Assembly: GCA_964391315.1 (NCBI GenBank)
Contig: CAYMJR010000002.1
Coordinates: 89,223 to 153,222, forward strand
DNA from: an uncultured Gammaproteobacteria bacterium
GTDB taxonomy: Bacteria; Patescibacteriota; Microgenomatia; Levybacterales; UBA12049
DNA: 64,000 bases
Reading direction: 5' to 3'
Made by a program: the position numbers and the translations under genes. Below are positions 25,643 through 34,208 of the stretch, piece after piece. The stretch's first letter is position 1. The number at the start of each line of letters is the position of its first letter. Below the pieces are notes generated by a model that was not told the DNA's origin, did no database searches, and saw only the letters and a list, made by a program, of their open reading frames with translations.

Positions 25643-26417
25643 ATCCCTTAATCCTTTTGTTCTTGAAAGTCGAAGAGCAAAGCTAGCAAAAAACAAAGCA
25701 TATAAGCGCCTCAAGTCTACCTATTTTGCAAAATATCCAGCAATAAAAGATCTTAATACAGCAAAATTATGGGATAAACTACATCTAGAAAAGAATACAA
25801 CAAAATTGGATCATCCAATGGAAGAGGATCGTTTGCGGATAGTTTCGGGATTAATAAAAGGAAATGCAATTTCAGTTTTGGATATAGGATTTGGGTCAGC
25901 AAGTTTGGAAAGAGAATTTTTCAAAAAACATAAAAAAAATATTATTTGGAAAGGTATTGAAATATCTTCAACTCTTGTAAAGAGAGCAAAGAAAGAGTTT
26001 CCTCACTGTCAATTTACCATTGGAGATATCATTAAATTGAATTATCAAAATAAAAGCTTCGATTATATTATTGCATTAGAAGTATTAGAACATATTCCGC
26101 CAAAAAAAACATTCAAAGCATTGAAAGAAATTTATCGTATCATTAAACCAGGAAAATATTTTATTGTTTCAGTGCCTATGAACGAAGGATTAGAAAATTT
26201 GATTGCTCAAGGCGAAAATCCCAATGCTCATGTAAGAACATACACACCCGAATTAATTAAAGCAGAGCTTGAAATTGTAGGATTTAAAATTTTAAAGGAA
26301 ACGATGTTATTTGCATTTCCCAATAACTATAAATTAAAATCATTTATTGCAAAAAAAATAATTCCTTGGAGATTTCAACCAAATAACATAATTATTTTTG
26401 CTCAGAAGCCAATTTAA
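25635..26417 (+). CDS. Class I SAM-dependent methyltransferase
   Basis: It has VLDIGFGSASL, ALEVLEHI and IIKPGKYFIVSVP. The ATG at 25635 overlaps the upstream stop. The track start at 25614 is a non-ATG extension. Confidence 0.75.
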   Translation: MNKSLNPFVLESRRAKLAKNKAYKRLKSTYFAKYPAIKDLNTAKLWDKLHLEKNTTKLDHPMEEDRLRIVSGLIKGNAISVLDIGFGSASLEREFFKKHKKNIIWKGIEISSTLVKRAKKEFPHCQFTIGDIIKLNYQNKSFDYIIALEVLEHIPPKKTFKALKEIYRIIKPGKYFIVSVPMNEGLENLIAQGENPNAHVRTYTPELIKAELEIVGFKILKETMLFAFPNNYKLKSFIAKKIIPWRFQPNNIIIFAQKPI

Positions 26418-27372
26418 TTTTTGAATTTTTATATATACTTTTTACAATATATTTAGGACGTTGTTTCACTTCTTCAAAAATTTTTGCAATATATTCACCA
26501 AGCACACTTATTCCTAACAGCTGAATTGCACCAAGAAATAAAACAATGATAATAATGGTTGATGTCCCTTGTGGTATATTATGCAGAGTTAGTTTGAAGA
26601 TAATTTGTATAACAATTCCAATAAGAGCAATAAAAAATACTAAAAGAGAAAGAAGAGTCATAAACTGAAGTGGAACATATGAAAAAGAAACGATTCCTTT
26701 CGTAGCCCAATGAAAATTTTTTAGAAGATTATTAGTTGTTTTTCCAAACATTCTTTCAGGTCTGATGTAAGGAACTCCAGTTTGCCGAAATCCTACCCAT
26801 GCTCGAAGCCCTCGTAAAAATCTGTCACGTTCAGGAAATTGTTTAAGAATATCAATAACCTTTCTATCAATGAGAGAAAAATCCCCGGCATCAAGAGGCA
26901 TTTTTATATATGACATTTTGTGAAAAATTCTATAGAATAATTTATAGGCAATTGCCATCAAAAGTGGAGCTTCTCGTTTTGTCCGAATGCCGTAGACAAC
27001 ATCATATCCATCAGTCCATTTTTTATAAAATTTTTCAATCAGTTCAGGCGGATCTTGTAGATCACCATCAAGAAAAACAATACCATCACCAGTCGCGATG
27101 TCCATACCGCTAGTAAATGCCATTTGTGAGCTAAAATTCCGTGAATGATTGATTCCAATTACATGGGAATCGTTGTTTACAAGTTTTTTTAGTATTTCTT
27201 CTGTATTATCAGGACTTCCATCATTCACAAAAATAATTTCGTAATTTACGCCAATTTTTTTAAACGTTTTTGTTAAACGTTGATGCATGATAGGAATTGC
27301 TTGAGCATCTCTGTAGCAAGCAATAATTGCGGAAATTTTTTTCTTTTTTACCTTTTTAGATTGACGTACCAT
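26392..27372 (-). CDS. Polyprenyl-phosphate glycosyltransferase, GtrB/ArnC-like GT2 with two C-terminal TM helices
   Basis: It has ISAIIACYRDAQAI..IFVNDGSPDNTEEI..LDGDLQDPPELI..DAGDFSLIDRKV. Two C-terminal hydrophobic helices are present. Confidence 0.8.
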   Translation of the reverse strand: MVRQSKKVKKKKISAIIACYRDAQAIPIMHQRLTKTFKKIGVNYEIIFVNDGSPDNTEEILKKLVNNDSHVIGINHSRNFSSQMAFTSGMDIATGDGIVFLDGDLQDPPELIEKFYKKWTDGYDVVYGIRTKREAPLLMAIAYKLFYRIFHKMSYIKMPLDAGDFSLIDRKVIDILKQFPERDRFLRGLRAWVGFRQTGVPYIRPERMFGKTTNNLLKNFHWATKGIVSFSYVPLQFMTLLSLLVFFIALIGIVIQIIFKLTLHNIPQGTSTIIIIVLFLGAIQLLGISVLGEYIAKIFEEVKQRPKYIVKSIYKNSKIKLASEQK

Positions 27373-27848
27373 GGCTTATTGCTTGCTATCATTTTTTTTA
27401 CAAGCTGGGGCAGTTTCTTAGGATCATCTGGCCAATGAGAAGTAATATTACTTAATATTTTGAGTACTTCTGTATCTTCTTCAGCCCAATGAGAAATACC
27501 ATCATGAATATAATCTTTACCTCTTCCGGATCCAATCAATTTTACAGGTATTTTTTCATAATGCAAGTAATTTCTAATTGTTTCAAATGGTCGATAGAGA
27601 AGGAATGACGTAATTGAATATACAATTGGAATTTTATTACTAAGAGCAAGTCCTACTCCTACGCCAATTAGTGTTTGTTCGGCAGCTCCGACATTAATAA
27701 ATCGTTCAGGAAAGTCTCGGCGAATGTCATCCCACATTCGATATCCTAAATCATTAACGACAATATAAATGTCTTTATTTTTTTGCATCTCTTTATGGAT
27801 ACATTCTGCAAAAAAAGCTCGCATTGATGTAAAGTGTTGTTGCTTCAT
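27348..27848 (-). CDS. Transketolase-like pyrimidine-binding subunit, short form (166 aa; the usual C-terminal domain is absent)
   Basis: It has FINVGAAEQTLIGVGVGLALSNKIPIVYSITSFLLYRPFETIRN (Transket_pyr pattern). Its start overlaps the stop of the partner subunit. Confidence 0.65.
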   Translation of the reverse strand: MKQQHFTSMRAFFAECIHKEMQKNKDIYIVVNDLGYRMWDDIRRDFPERFINVGAAEQTLIGVGVGLALSNKIPIVYSITSFLLYRPFETIRNYLHYEKIPVKLIGSGRGKDYIHDGISHWAEEDTEVLKILSNITSHWPDDPKKLPQLVKKMIASNKPWYVNLKR

Positions 27849-28576
27849 AAGAGTGAACGTATTGCTAAATCGTAATCTTCCTGTTTTAACACATAATAAT
27901 GAGCGTCTTGTCCTTTAAGAAAAGGAAATTGGTCACTTATTGTATGCGCAAAAACAATATGTGAGTTTTTTGTCTTTATTGTTTTCATAATATTTTTAAT
28001 ATCATTCATATTATTTCCATCAATTTTGTGAACTTTAAAACCAAATGCCTTCAGTCTTTTTTTTAGATAGGACAAATTTACTTTATCGTATGCAGACCAT
28101 CCATTAGCATTAATGATAATTTTTAAATTATGTATATTATTCTCATATGCAACTCTCAGAGCTTCCCAAACACTTCCTTCTGCACATTCGCCATCTGAGA
28201 GCATACAGTAAACATTTTTTTTAGGTTCAGCAATTGCCATGCCCAATGCAATAGGTAAACCCTGTCCAAGGCTTCCTGTTGATACATGAATATCATGTTC
28301 GAGATGCCGATCTGGATGGATATTTAATTTCTTTATTTGTTTTTCAGTTAAAAAACCGTATTTCTCAAGAATAACATACCATGCTATTCCTGCATGTCCG
28401 TTTGAAAGAATAAATTTTTCATCCATTTTTTTTGTTTGATATATTCCGTCTATTAAATCAATTGCACTAAGGCATGAACCAAGATGCGACAAATGTGATG
28501 CATGACTTAGTTCAATGATTCTTTTTCTCAACAGTCTTTGTCCTTTTGTTATTTTTTTTAATGAAAATTTCCCCAT
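27845..28576 (-). CDS. Transketolase-like TPP-binding N-terminal subunit
   Basis: It has SHLGSCLSAIDLI, GSLGQGLPIALGMA and LSDGECAEGSVWEAL (TPP/metal-binding GDG-like region). Confidence 0.75.
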   Translation of the reverse strand: MGKFSLKKITKGQRLLRKRIIELSHASHLSHLGSCLSAIDLIDGIYQTKKMDEKFILSNGHAGIAWYVILEKYGFLTEKQIKKLNIHPDRHLEHDIHVSTGSLGQGLPIALGMAIAEPKKNVYCMLSDGECAEGSVWEALRVAYENNIHNLKIIINANGWSAYDKVNLSYLKKRLKAFGFKVHKIDGNNMNDIKNIMKTIKTKNSHIVFAHTISDQFPFLKGQDAHYYVLKQEDYDLAIRSLL

Positions 28577-28579
28577 AAT

Positions 28580-29527
28580 TTATAAATAAAATTTACTGTT
28601 TTTTTCAAACCAAGAATACGTATTTAGTAAGCCCTTGTCAATAGTAAAGTTTGGTTTCCATCCTAATTTTTTTTTTGTTTTTGTGATATCCGCTTTCCAA
28701 TGTGATGTATCCCAATTTCTTTTTGCATATCCACCTTTATCTATTTGTGTTTTTTTACCTGTTACTTTAAAAAGAGTTTGCACAATTTCATCATTTGTAT
28801 ATTCATTACCAGTTCCAATGTTAAAAATTTGTCCTTGAATTCTTTTTCCAAGTGGAAGTGCAGTTATATATGCATTTGTTACATCATCTATATAAATAAA
28901 ATCTCGTCGTTGTTTTCCGGGAGTTAATTTAATAGTACTTTTTGTTAGTAATCCTTTCATAATTGCTGGAATAAACCTTGTAGGTTCTTCAAATGGTCCA
29001 TAAACAGAAAATAATCTAAAAGTAGTAATTGGTTTGTCTTGCAATTTCGCAAATACTTTTGCCAGTCCTGTTGCGCCTAATTTTGTAGCTGCATAATAAC
29101 TTACCGGATCGCAAAAATCTGTTTCTTTCATTGCCTTGTCTTTATATCCATATTCAGAAGAGGAGCCAGTATTAATGAAACATTTATAAGGAATATCCTT
29201 TGATGCTTCAAGTAAATTTTTAAAACCTTCAATATTAACTGTAACAATTTTTTCAAGTTCTGTTTGAAAAGAATATGCACCATATGCTGCTAAGTGAAGA
29301 ATATAATCAGGCTGTGATTTTTCTAATGCATTGCGAAGAGATTTTTTATTTATTAGATCTCCGTTATGAATTATGATTTTTTCTCTAATATCTTTTAGTC
29401 TCCAGGAAAGTTTTGAGGAATGATTTAAAATATGAACAGAATAGTTTTTTTCTAAAAGTTTTCTCGTAAGATTTGCTCCTACAAATCCGCCTGCGCCCGT
29501 TATAAAAACATTTCTTTTCTTTGTCAT
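28580..29527 (-). CDS. NAD-dependent nucleotide-sugar epimerase/dehydratase (extended SDR)
   Basis: It has the Rossmann motif VFITGAGGFVGANL, the catalytic YAATK, and is 315 aa long. Confidence 0.85.
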   Translation of the reverse strand: MTKKRNVFITGAGGFVGANLTRKLLEKNYSVHILNHSSKLSWRLKDIREKIIIHNGDLINKKSLRNALEKSQPDYILHLAAYGAYSFQTELEKIVTVNIEGFKNLLEASKDIPYKCFINTGSSSEYGYKDKAMKETDFCDPVSYYAATKLGATGLAKVFAKLQDKPITTFRLFSVYGPFEEPTRFIPAIMKGLLTKSTIKLTPGKQRRDFIYIDDVTNAYITALPLGKRIQGQIFNIGTGNEYTNDEIVQTLFKVTGKKTQIDKGGYAKRNWDTSHWKADITKTKKKLGWKPNFTIDKGLLNTYSWFEKNSKFYL

Positions 29528-29531
29528 GATT

Positions 29532-29560
29532 TTGTAGTAAACTGCAGAGGTAATTATATA
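29532..29560 (+). promoter_or_regulatory. Sigma70-like promoter (TTGTAG-17 nt-TATATA), ending 6 nt before the ATG at 29567
   Basis: TTGTAG is at 29532-29537, followed by a 17-nt spacer and TATATA at 29555-29560, with the ATG at 29567. Confidence 0.35.
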
Positions 29561-29566
29561 CTGACT

Positions 29567-30463
29567 ATGAAATCAATACAATGTGCGATTTGTGGCAAAC
29601 AACAAAAGACTAAGGTTTTGTATAAACAAACATTTAAAGCAAACGCAATTAACGGAAGAACTTTTTCTGCAAGAAGAACACCAGACAGGCAACATCATCG
29701 TTTTGTAAAATGTAGTAATTGTGGTTTAATTTTTTCAAATCCTATTCTCCCCCCTGAAGAAATTATTAAACTCTATCTGCAAAGTACATTTGATTATGGA
29801 ACCGAATCGGAATATCTGAAGAAAACCTATGGTTTTTATCTAAAAAAAACGCTTAAAAATAGTAACAGAAAACATATTGGACTACTTGATATTGGATGTG
29901 GAAATGGGTTCTTTCTTCAAGAAGCAAAGAATATAGGAGTAGGTAAAGTATTTGGTGTAGAGCCAGGAGAGGCATCTGTTAAGAAAGCACCAAAATGGTT
30001 ACAAAAAAACATAAAAGTTGGGATATTAAAGAAAAATATTTTTAACAAAAATAATTTTGATATTATCTGTTGTTTTCATACGTTAGATCATATTGTTGAT
30101 CCAAATGCATTCTTGCAAATTGTTTACTCGTTATTAAAAAAAGGTGGTAAAGTTTTGTTTATTGTTCATGATACGAGTGGTTTATCAGTAAAGATTTTTG
30201 GAGAGAAATCACCAATATTTGATATTGAACATATTTATTTATTTAATAGAGAAAATTTGGCAAAGCTATTCTTAAAGAATAAATTTAAAAATATTGAAAC
30301 ATTTAGTATTAAAAATACCTATCCATTATCCTATTGGCTGAGAATGAGTCCGTTACCAAAGCAAATAAAAGGAGTAATACTAAATCTTCTCAAAGAAGTA
30401 AAATTAGCTGATTTTCCTCTTTCTCTTAACGCTGGAAATATTGGTATCATTGCTGAGAAATGA
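29567..30463 (+). CDS. SAM-dependent methyltransferase with N-terminal Cys4 zinc ribbon
   Basis: It has CAICGK...CSNCGLIFSNP followed by LLDIGCGNGFF and CCFHTLDHI. It is a paralogue of 39507-40388. Confidence 0.8.
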   Translation: MKSIQCAICGKQQKTKVLYKQTFKANAINGRTFSARRTPDRQHHRFVKCSNCGLIFSNPILPPEEIIKLYLQSTFDYGTESEYLKKTYGFYLKKTLKNSNRKHIGLLDIGCGNGFFLQEAKNIGVGKVFGVEPGEASVKKAPKWLQKNIKVGILKKNIFNKNNFDIICCFHTLDHIVDPNAFLQIVYSLLKKGGKVLFIVHDTSGLSVKIFGEKSPIFDIEHIYLFNRENLAKLFLKNKFKNIETFSIKNTYPLSYWLRMSPLPKQIKGVILNLLKEVKLADFPLSLNAGNIGIIAEK

Positions 30464-32209
30464 TACTGGTATATATTTTCTAATAAACGAAAAACATAAC
30501 GCTATTAGGGCTAAAAAGAATGATAGGATACTGACTAATAATGAAATACTTCTGTCTTTTGTATTCTGAAAAGTAAGTTCTACTTCATAGAGTCCTTTTG
30601 GAAGAGAAAAGGTTACAATTCCAGGGTATGCCGGATTTGTATAGTAAATGGCTTTTTGTTTTCCATTTACAAGAAGTGTCCAACCTGGGAAATAAAGCGT
30701 GTTTTCCTTTATAGTAACTCCAGAGGGTGAGTTAATAATATATTTATGGTCAATGGATGTCCTTGAAAGTGTTTGAATTTCAGCAGTCCCTGATAAAATT
30801 TCTATATGTCCTTTTGGTTTTATTCTTACTTTAGATTTTTTTAAATCTGCCCAAATAGGAGAGCTCGGTTCTAAATATATTTGTATATCAGGTTGTCTTG
30901 CAAATTCTTTTATCAAGTACGCATCCTGAACATCCGGAAGTGCTTTTCTATTGCCCCAATTCAATATTGTATACAGTGCAGTAATAAGACATAAAAGGAC
31001 TATCCAACTATTCTTTTTCCATTTTGATACAACAATTCCTGCAATGATGGATGTACAAAGTACGAGAAATTCTGAAAGTCTATAGGAAAATTGAGAATAT
31101 TTAAAGAAAGGAAGTATGCCCCAAAGCTCTTTTGACTGAGGTGTAATCATGAATACAAGAATGAAAAAAAGAGTTAGAAAGAAAAATAATAAAGGTTTTA
31201 GTTTTTTATCAAAGTTCTTTTTTATCAAAAGATATATTGCCGCAAAAATAATAAATAGTTGCGTGTAACCAATGAGGAATGACAGTTCACCGAAGTGCCC
31301 TTGAAATAACAATCCAAATCTCCAAGGAGCATATAAAAGTTCATTGAGTGGAGTAAAGCTGGCAATATTTTGGGAAAGATTTGCTTGCGTATACTTTGCT
31401 TCGGTAATAACCGGAAGCCAATAAAACATTGTCAGAAGAAATCCATAGATGATTGCTAATGCATAAATAATAAGATCTTTATATGATCTTTTTTTCTTTT
31501 GTATCCAGATAAATAATGCATATGCGACAAGAATCGGTGAGAATATTAATGTGGTAACTTGATGAGTGAGAATAAGCAAACCATAGGAAAAGGCAAAAGC
31601 AAGAATTAATTTGATTGTTGGTTTTTGGAAAAGCTTTTTTGTAAGCAGCAATAATAATGGTAAAAAAACAAACGATAATGTTTCAGCAATGGAGACTCGA
31701 AAATGTAAGTCAACGAGGTGATAAGGAGCAAAAAGATAGAAAAGTGCGCTCACAAAACCGGCTTTTTCACCTAATTCGTCTTTTGCCCATAGATACATTG
31801 TTACGCCTGAAAGGATAAAGGAAAATAGTAAAAGTAGTTTAATGCTGTCCAGGAAAGTAAAACCAACAAAATGAAGAATTGCACCAATAAAATAAGGCAA
31901 AAAATAAGCAAACTGGAAATATGGGTCCCCATATCCCACATTGAATTCGGGTAACCATCGTGGAATAAGATGTTCGTTAAAAAGAATATTATAGAAAGAG
32001 GTTGTGCGCATTGTATGAAGAGAAAGATCTCCACTTTCATATGATCCTGGTCGGAATATGCTAACAATAGGAGGAATAGAAACTAAAAGTATTAAAAATA
32101 GATAATTTGTTTTCTTTTTAGCGAAGAATTTAAAATAAATAATTAGTATAATGAAAGCAATTATAGCCGCAATAATTGCCATAAGTACCATTCTGGTTGG
32201 GTCTTGCAT
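30404..32209 (-). CDS. Polytopic membrane protein with C-terminal extracytoplasmic domain, putative GT-C-like glycosyltransferase/polymerase
   Basis: 601 aa with more than 10 TM helices. Early loops read GSYESGDLSLHTMRT and PRWLPEFNVGYGDPYFQFAYFLPY. A beta-rich region of ~150 aa is followed by a final TM. Confidence 0.5.
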   Translation of the reverse strand: MQDPTRMVLMAIIAAIIAFIILIIYFKFFAKKKTNYLFLILLVSIPPIVSIFRPGSYESGDLSLHTMRTTSFYNILFNEHLIPRWLPEFNVGYGDPYFQFAYFLPYFIGAILHFVGFTFLDSIKLLLLFSFILSGVTMYLWAKDELGEKAGFVSALFYLFAPYHLVDLHFRVSIAETLSFVFLPLLLLLTKKLFQKPTIKLILAFAFSYGLLILTHQVTTLIFSPILVAYALFIWIQKKKRSYKDLIIYALAIIYGFLLTMFYWLPVITEAKYTQANLSQNIASFTPLNELLYAPWRFGLLFQGHFGELSFLIGYTQLFIIFAAIYLLIKKNFDKKLKPLLFFFLTLFFILVFMITPQSKELWGILPFFKYSQFSYRLSEFLVLCTSIIAGIVVSKWKKNSWIVLLCLITALYTILNWGNRKALPDVQDAYLIKEFARQPDIQIYLEPSSPIWADLKKSKVRIKPKGHIEILSGTAEIQTLSRTSIDHKYIINSPSGVTIKENTLYFPGWTLLVNGKQKAIYYTNPAYPGIVTFSLPKGLYEVELTFQNTKDRSISLLVSILSFFLALIALCFSFIRKYIPVSFLSNDTNISSVKRKRKIS

Positions 32210-32278
32210 ATGGCTCTACTATACATGAGATCAGATTAAATTGAAATATGATATACTCTTTGGAGAGTTTTTGTATCT

Positions 32279-33445
32279 ATGGATGTATCTGTTAGTAAAA
32301 AAATAAAAGGTGCTGTTATTCTCATTACAGGAGGGACAGGTTCCTTTGGTAATACCGTTGTTGGAAAACTTCTGCAACTCAAGCCGAAAAGAATTGTTAT
32401 TTTCAGTAGAGATGAAAAGAAACAGTTCGATATGAGAAATAAATTTGATAATCCACTTTTGAAATTTGTCATCGGTGATGTTCGGGATAAGGAGAGTGTT
32501 GATAGAGTAATGGAAGGAATAGATTATGTTTTTCATGCTGCTGCACTCAAACAAGTGCCAACTTGCGAATTTTTCCCAATGGAAGCTGTAAAAACAAATG
32601 TTATGGGTACTGAAAATGTTTTGTCTGCAGCAAGAAAACATAAAGTAAAACGAGTTGTTGTTTTAAGTACTGATAAAGCAGTTTATCCGATTAATGTTAT
32701 TGGTTTATCAAAAGCAATGATGGAGAAAATTATGATATCAGAAGCGAAAAATTTTGAAGAAGAAGGGAAAAAAGAAACAGTATTTTGTGGGGTACGATAT
32801 GGAAACGTTCTTTATACAAGGGGATCAGTCTTGCCTTATTTTATGAATTTAATGAAACAAAATAAAAAACTTTCTGTCACTCATTTCGATATGACACGGT
32901 TTCTTCTTCCCTTATCTCAGGCTGTTGATTTAGTATTACATGCTTTGGTATATGGAGAAAATGGATACATTTACGTAAGAAAATCACCAGCATGTACGCT
33001 TGAGACACTTGCCCAATCAATGTGTGAGATTTTCAACTATTCTCCTGGATTTTATGCAGTGGGCATCCGCGCAGGTGAAAAGATGCATGAGACATTGATT
33101 ACGCAGGAAGAATTTATAAGAGCCAAAAGTACTGGAGACTACTATAAAATTCCACCAGAGAGTCAGGGGCTTGATTATAATAAATATTTTTATAAAGGGG
33201 AGAAAACTGATGTTAAAATAATTACTTCATATACTTCAGAAAATACAAAAAGGCTTACTGTTAAGCAAACGAAGGAAATGCTTCTAAAACTTCCTGAGAT
33301 ACAAAGTGAACTAAAACAGTGGAAAACAGTAAAAGAAACCAAAGAACCAGCATATACAACTACAGCTTCGCTTCGTCGTAAGCGGGGTAGACCACGCAAA
33401 ATAAATCAATTACCTTCTTCGTATCCAGTGAGTAAAGTAAATTAA
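32279..33445 (+). CDS. UDP-GlcNAc 4,6-dehydratase/5(3)-epimerase, FnlA/CapE/WbvB-like, with a ~45-aa basic C-terminal extension
   Basis: Long collinear identity to the CapE/FnlA pattern as I recall it: LITGGTGSFGN, FSRDEKKQ, IGDVRD, DYVFHAAALKQVPTCEFFPMEAVKTNVMGTENV, LSTDKAVYPINVIGLSKAMMEK, RYGNV..RGSV and MTRFL. Confidence 0.85.
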   Translation: MDVSVSKKIKGAVILITGGTGSFGNTVVGKLLQLKPKRIVIFSRDEKKQFDMRNKFDNPLLKFVIGDVRDKESVDRVMEGIDYVFHAAALKQVPTCEFFPMEAVKTNVMGTENVLSAARKHKVKRVVVLSTDKAVYPINVIGLSKAMMEKIMISEAKNFEEEGKKETVFCGVRYGNVLYTRGSVLPYFMNLMKQNKKLSVTHFDMTRFLLPLSQAVDLVLHALVYGENGYIYVRKSPACTLETLAQSMCEIFNYSPGFYAVGIRAGEKMHETLITQEEFIRAKSTGDYYKIPPESQGLDYNKYFYKGEKTDVKIITSYTSENTKRLTVKQTKEMLLKLPEIQSELKQWKTVKETKEPAYTTTASLRRKRGRPRKINQLPSSYPVSKVN

Positions 33446-33449
33446 GTGA

Positions 33450-34208
33450 TTACAAAAAAATTAAAGCAGATTTTATAACGTATTTAAAATAATCATAAAA
33501 AATTTTTGGTTTATAGCTAAAGTGAGATAATGAATCTGTCCGAGCAGTAAGAACATTTGGAATTTCTGTGAAATGAGCATGTCGCTTTTTGAGATAATAT
33601 AACTCTTCAAGGATAATTGAGAAATTATTTTCTTTGAAATGTATCCCTTTTAGTTTTTCCAATCGCACCATTCTAAACCCATTTGTGCAGTCTTTTATTC
33701 CAATATTGAAAAGTGACGAAGCAATGTAATTACCGACGAAAGAAATAATTTTTCTATAGAAAGGAACATTGATAACTTTTCCGTTATGAATATATCGTGA
33801 GGCTTTAATGCAATCGATGTTAGGTCTTGCTGCCTTGATAAATTGAGGTATGAACTTAGGATCATTGGTAAGATCAGAATCCATATGGAGACACCAGATG
33901 TAATGAAGTTCTAATGCCTTTTTTATTCCCATTTCCGAAGCGGCACCATATCCTTTATTTTTTTTGTAGCTTACAATAGTAAGGGTTTTTTTATATTTTT
34001 TTTGTTTTTCCAGTAGAATTTTTTCAGTTGCATCGGTACTTCCATCGTTTACTACTATGAGTATTGTCTGGTGTTTTAGCGTTTGAATTACTTTCTGCAC
34101 AGCATCAATACACCTTGCTGCAACCTTTTCTTCGTTGAACATCGGTATGATAATAGCCAATGAATTGTGGTTAAATTTTGATTCCATCTTCCATAAATGA
34201 TCGTGCAA
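33450..34208 (-). CDS. Polyprenyl-phosphate glycosyltransferase, Dpm1-like GT2
   Basis: It has LAIIIPMFNEEKVA..VVNDGSTDATEKIL..HMDSDLTNDPKFIP..ASRY..KDCTNGFRMV. The start may instead be the internal ATG at 34187. Confidence 0.78.
   Translation of the reverse strand: MHDHLWKMESKFNHNSLAIIIPMFNEEKVAARCIDAVQKVIQTLKHQTILIVVNDGSTDATEKILLEKQKKYKKTLTIVSYKKNKGYGAASEMGIKKALELHYIWCLHMDSDLTNDPKFIPQFIKAARPNIDCIKASRYIHNGKVINVPFYRKIISFVGNYIASSLFNIGIKDCTNGFRMVRLEKLKGIHFKENNFSIILEELYYLKKRHAHFTEIPNVLTARTDSLSHFSYKPKIFYDYFKYVIKSALIFL

Noticed and set aside
32231-32641. 136-aa ORF antisense to the 5' end of the FnlA-like gene; a comparable case is the 143-aa antisense ORF at 44740-45171 inside the GT4 gene
   Set aside because: They overlap genes with long collinear family matches, and the AT-rich antisense frames are open by chance.
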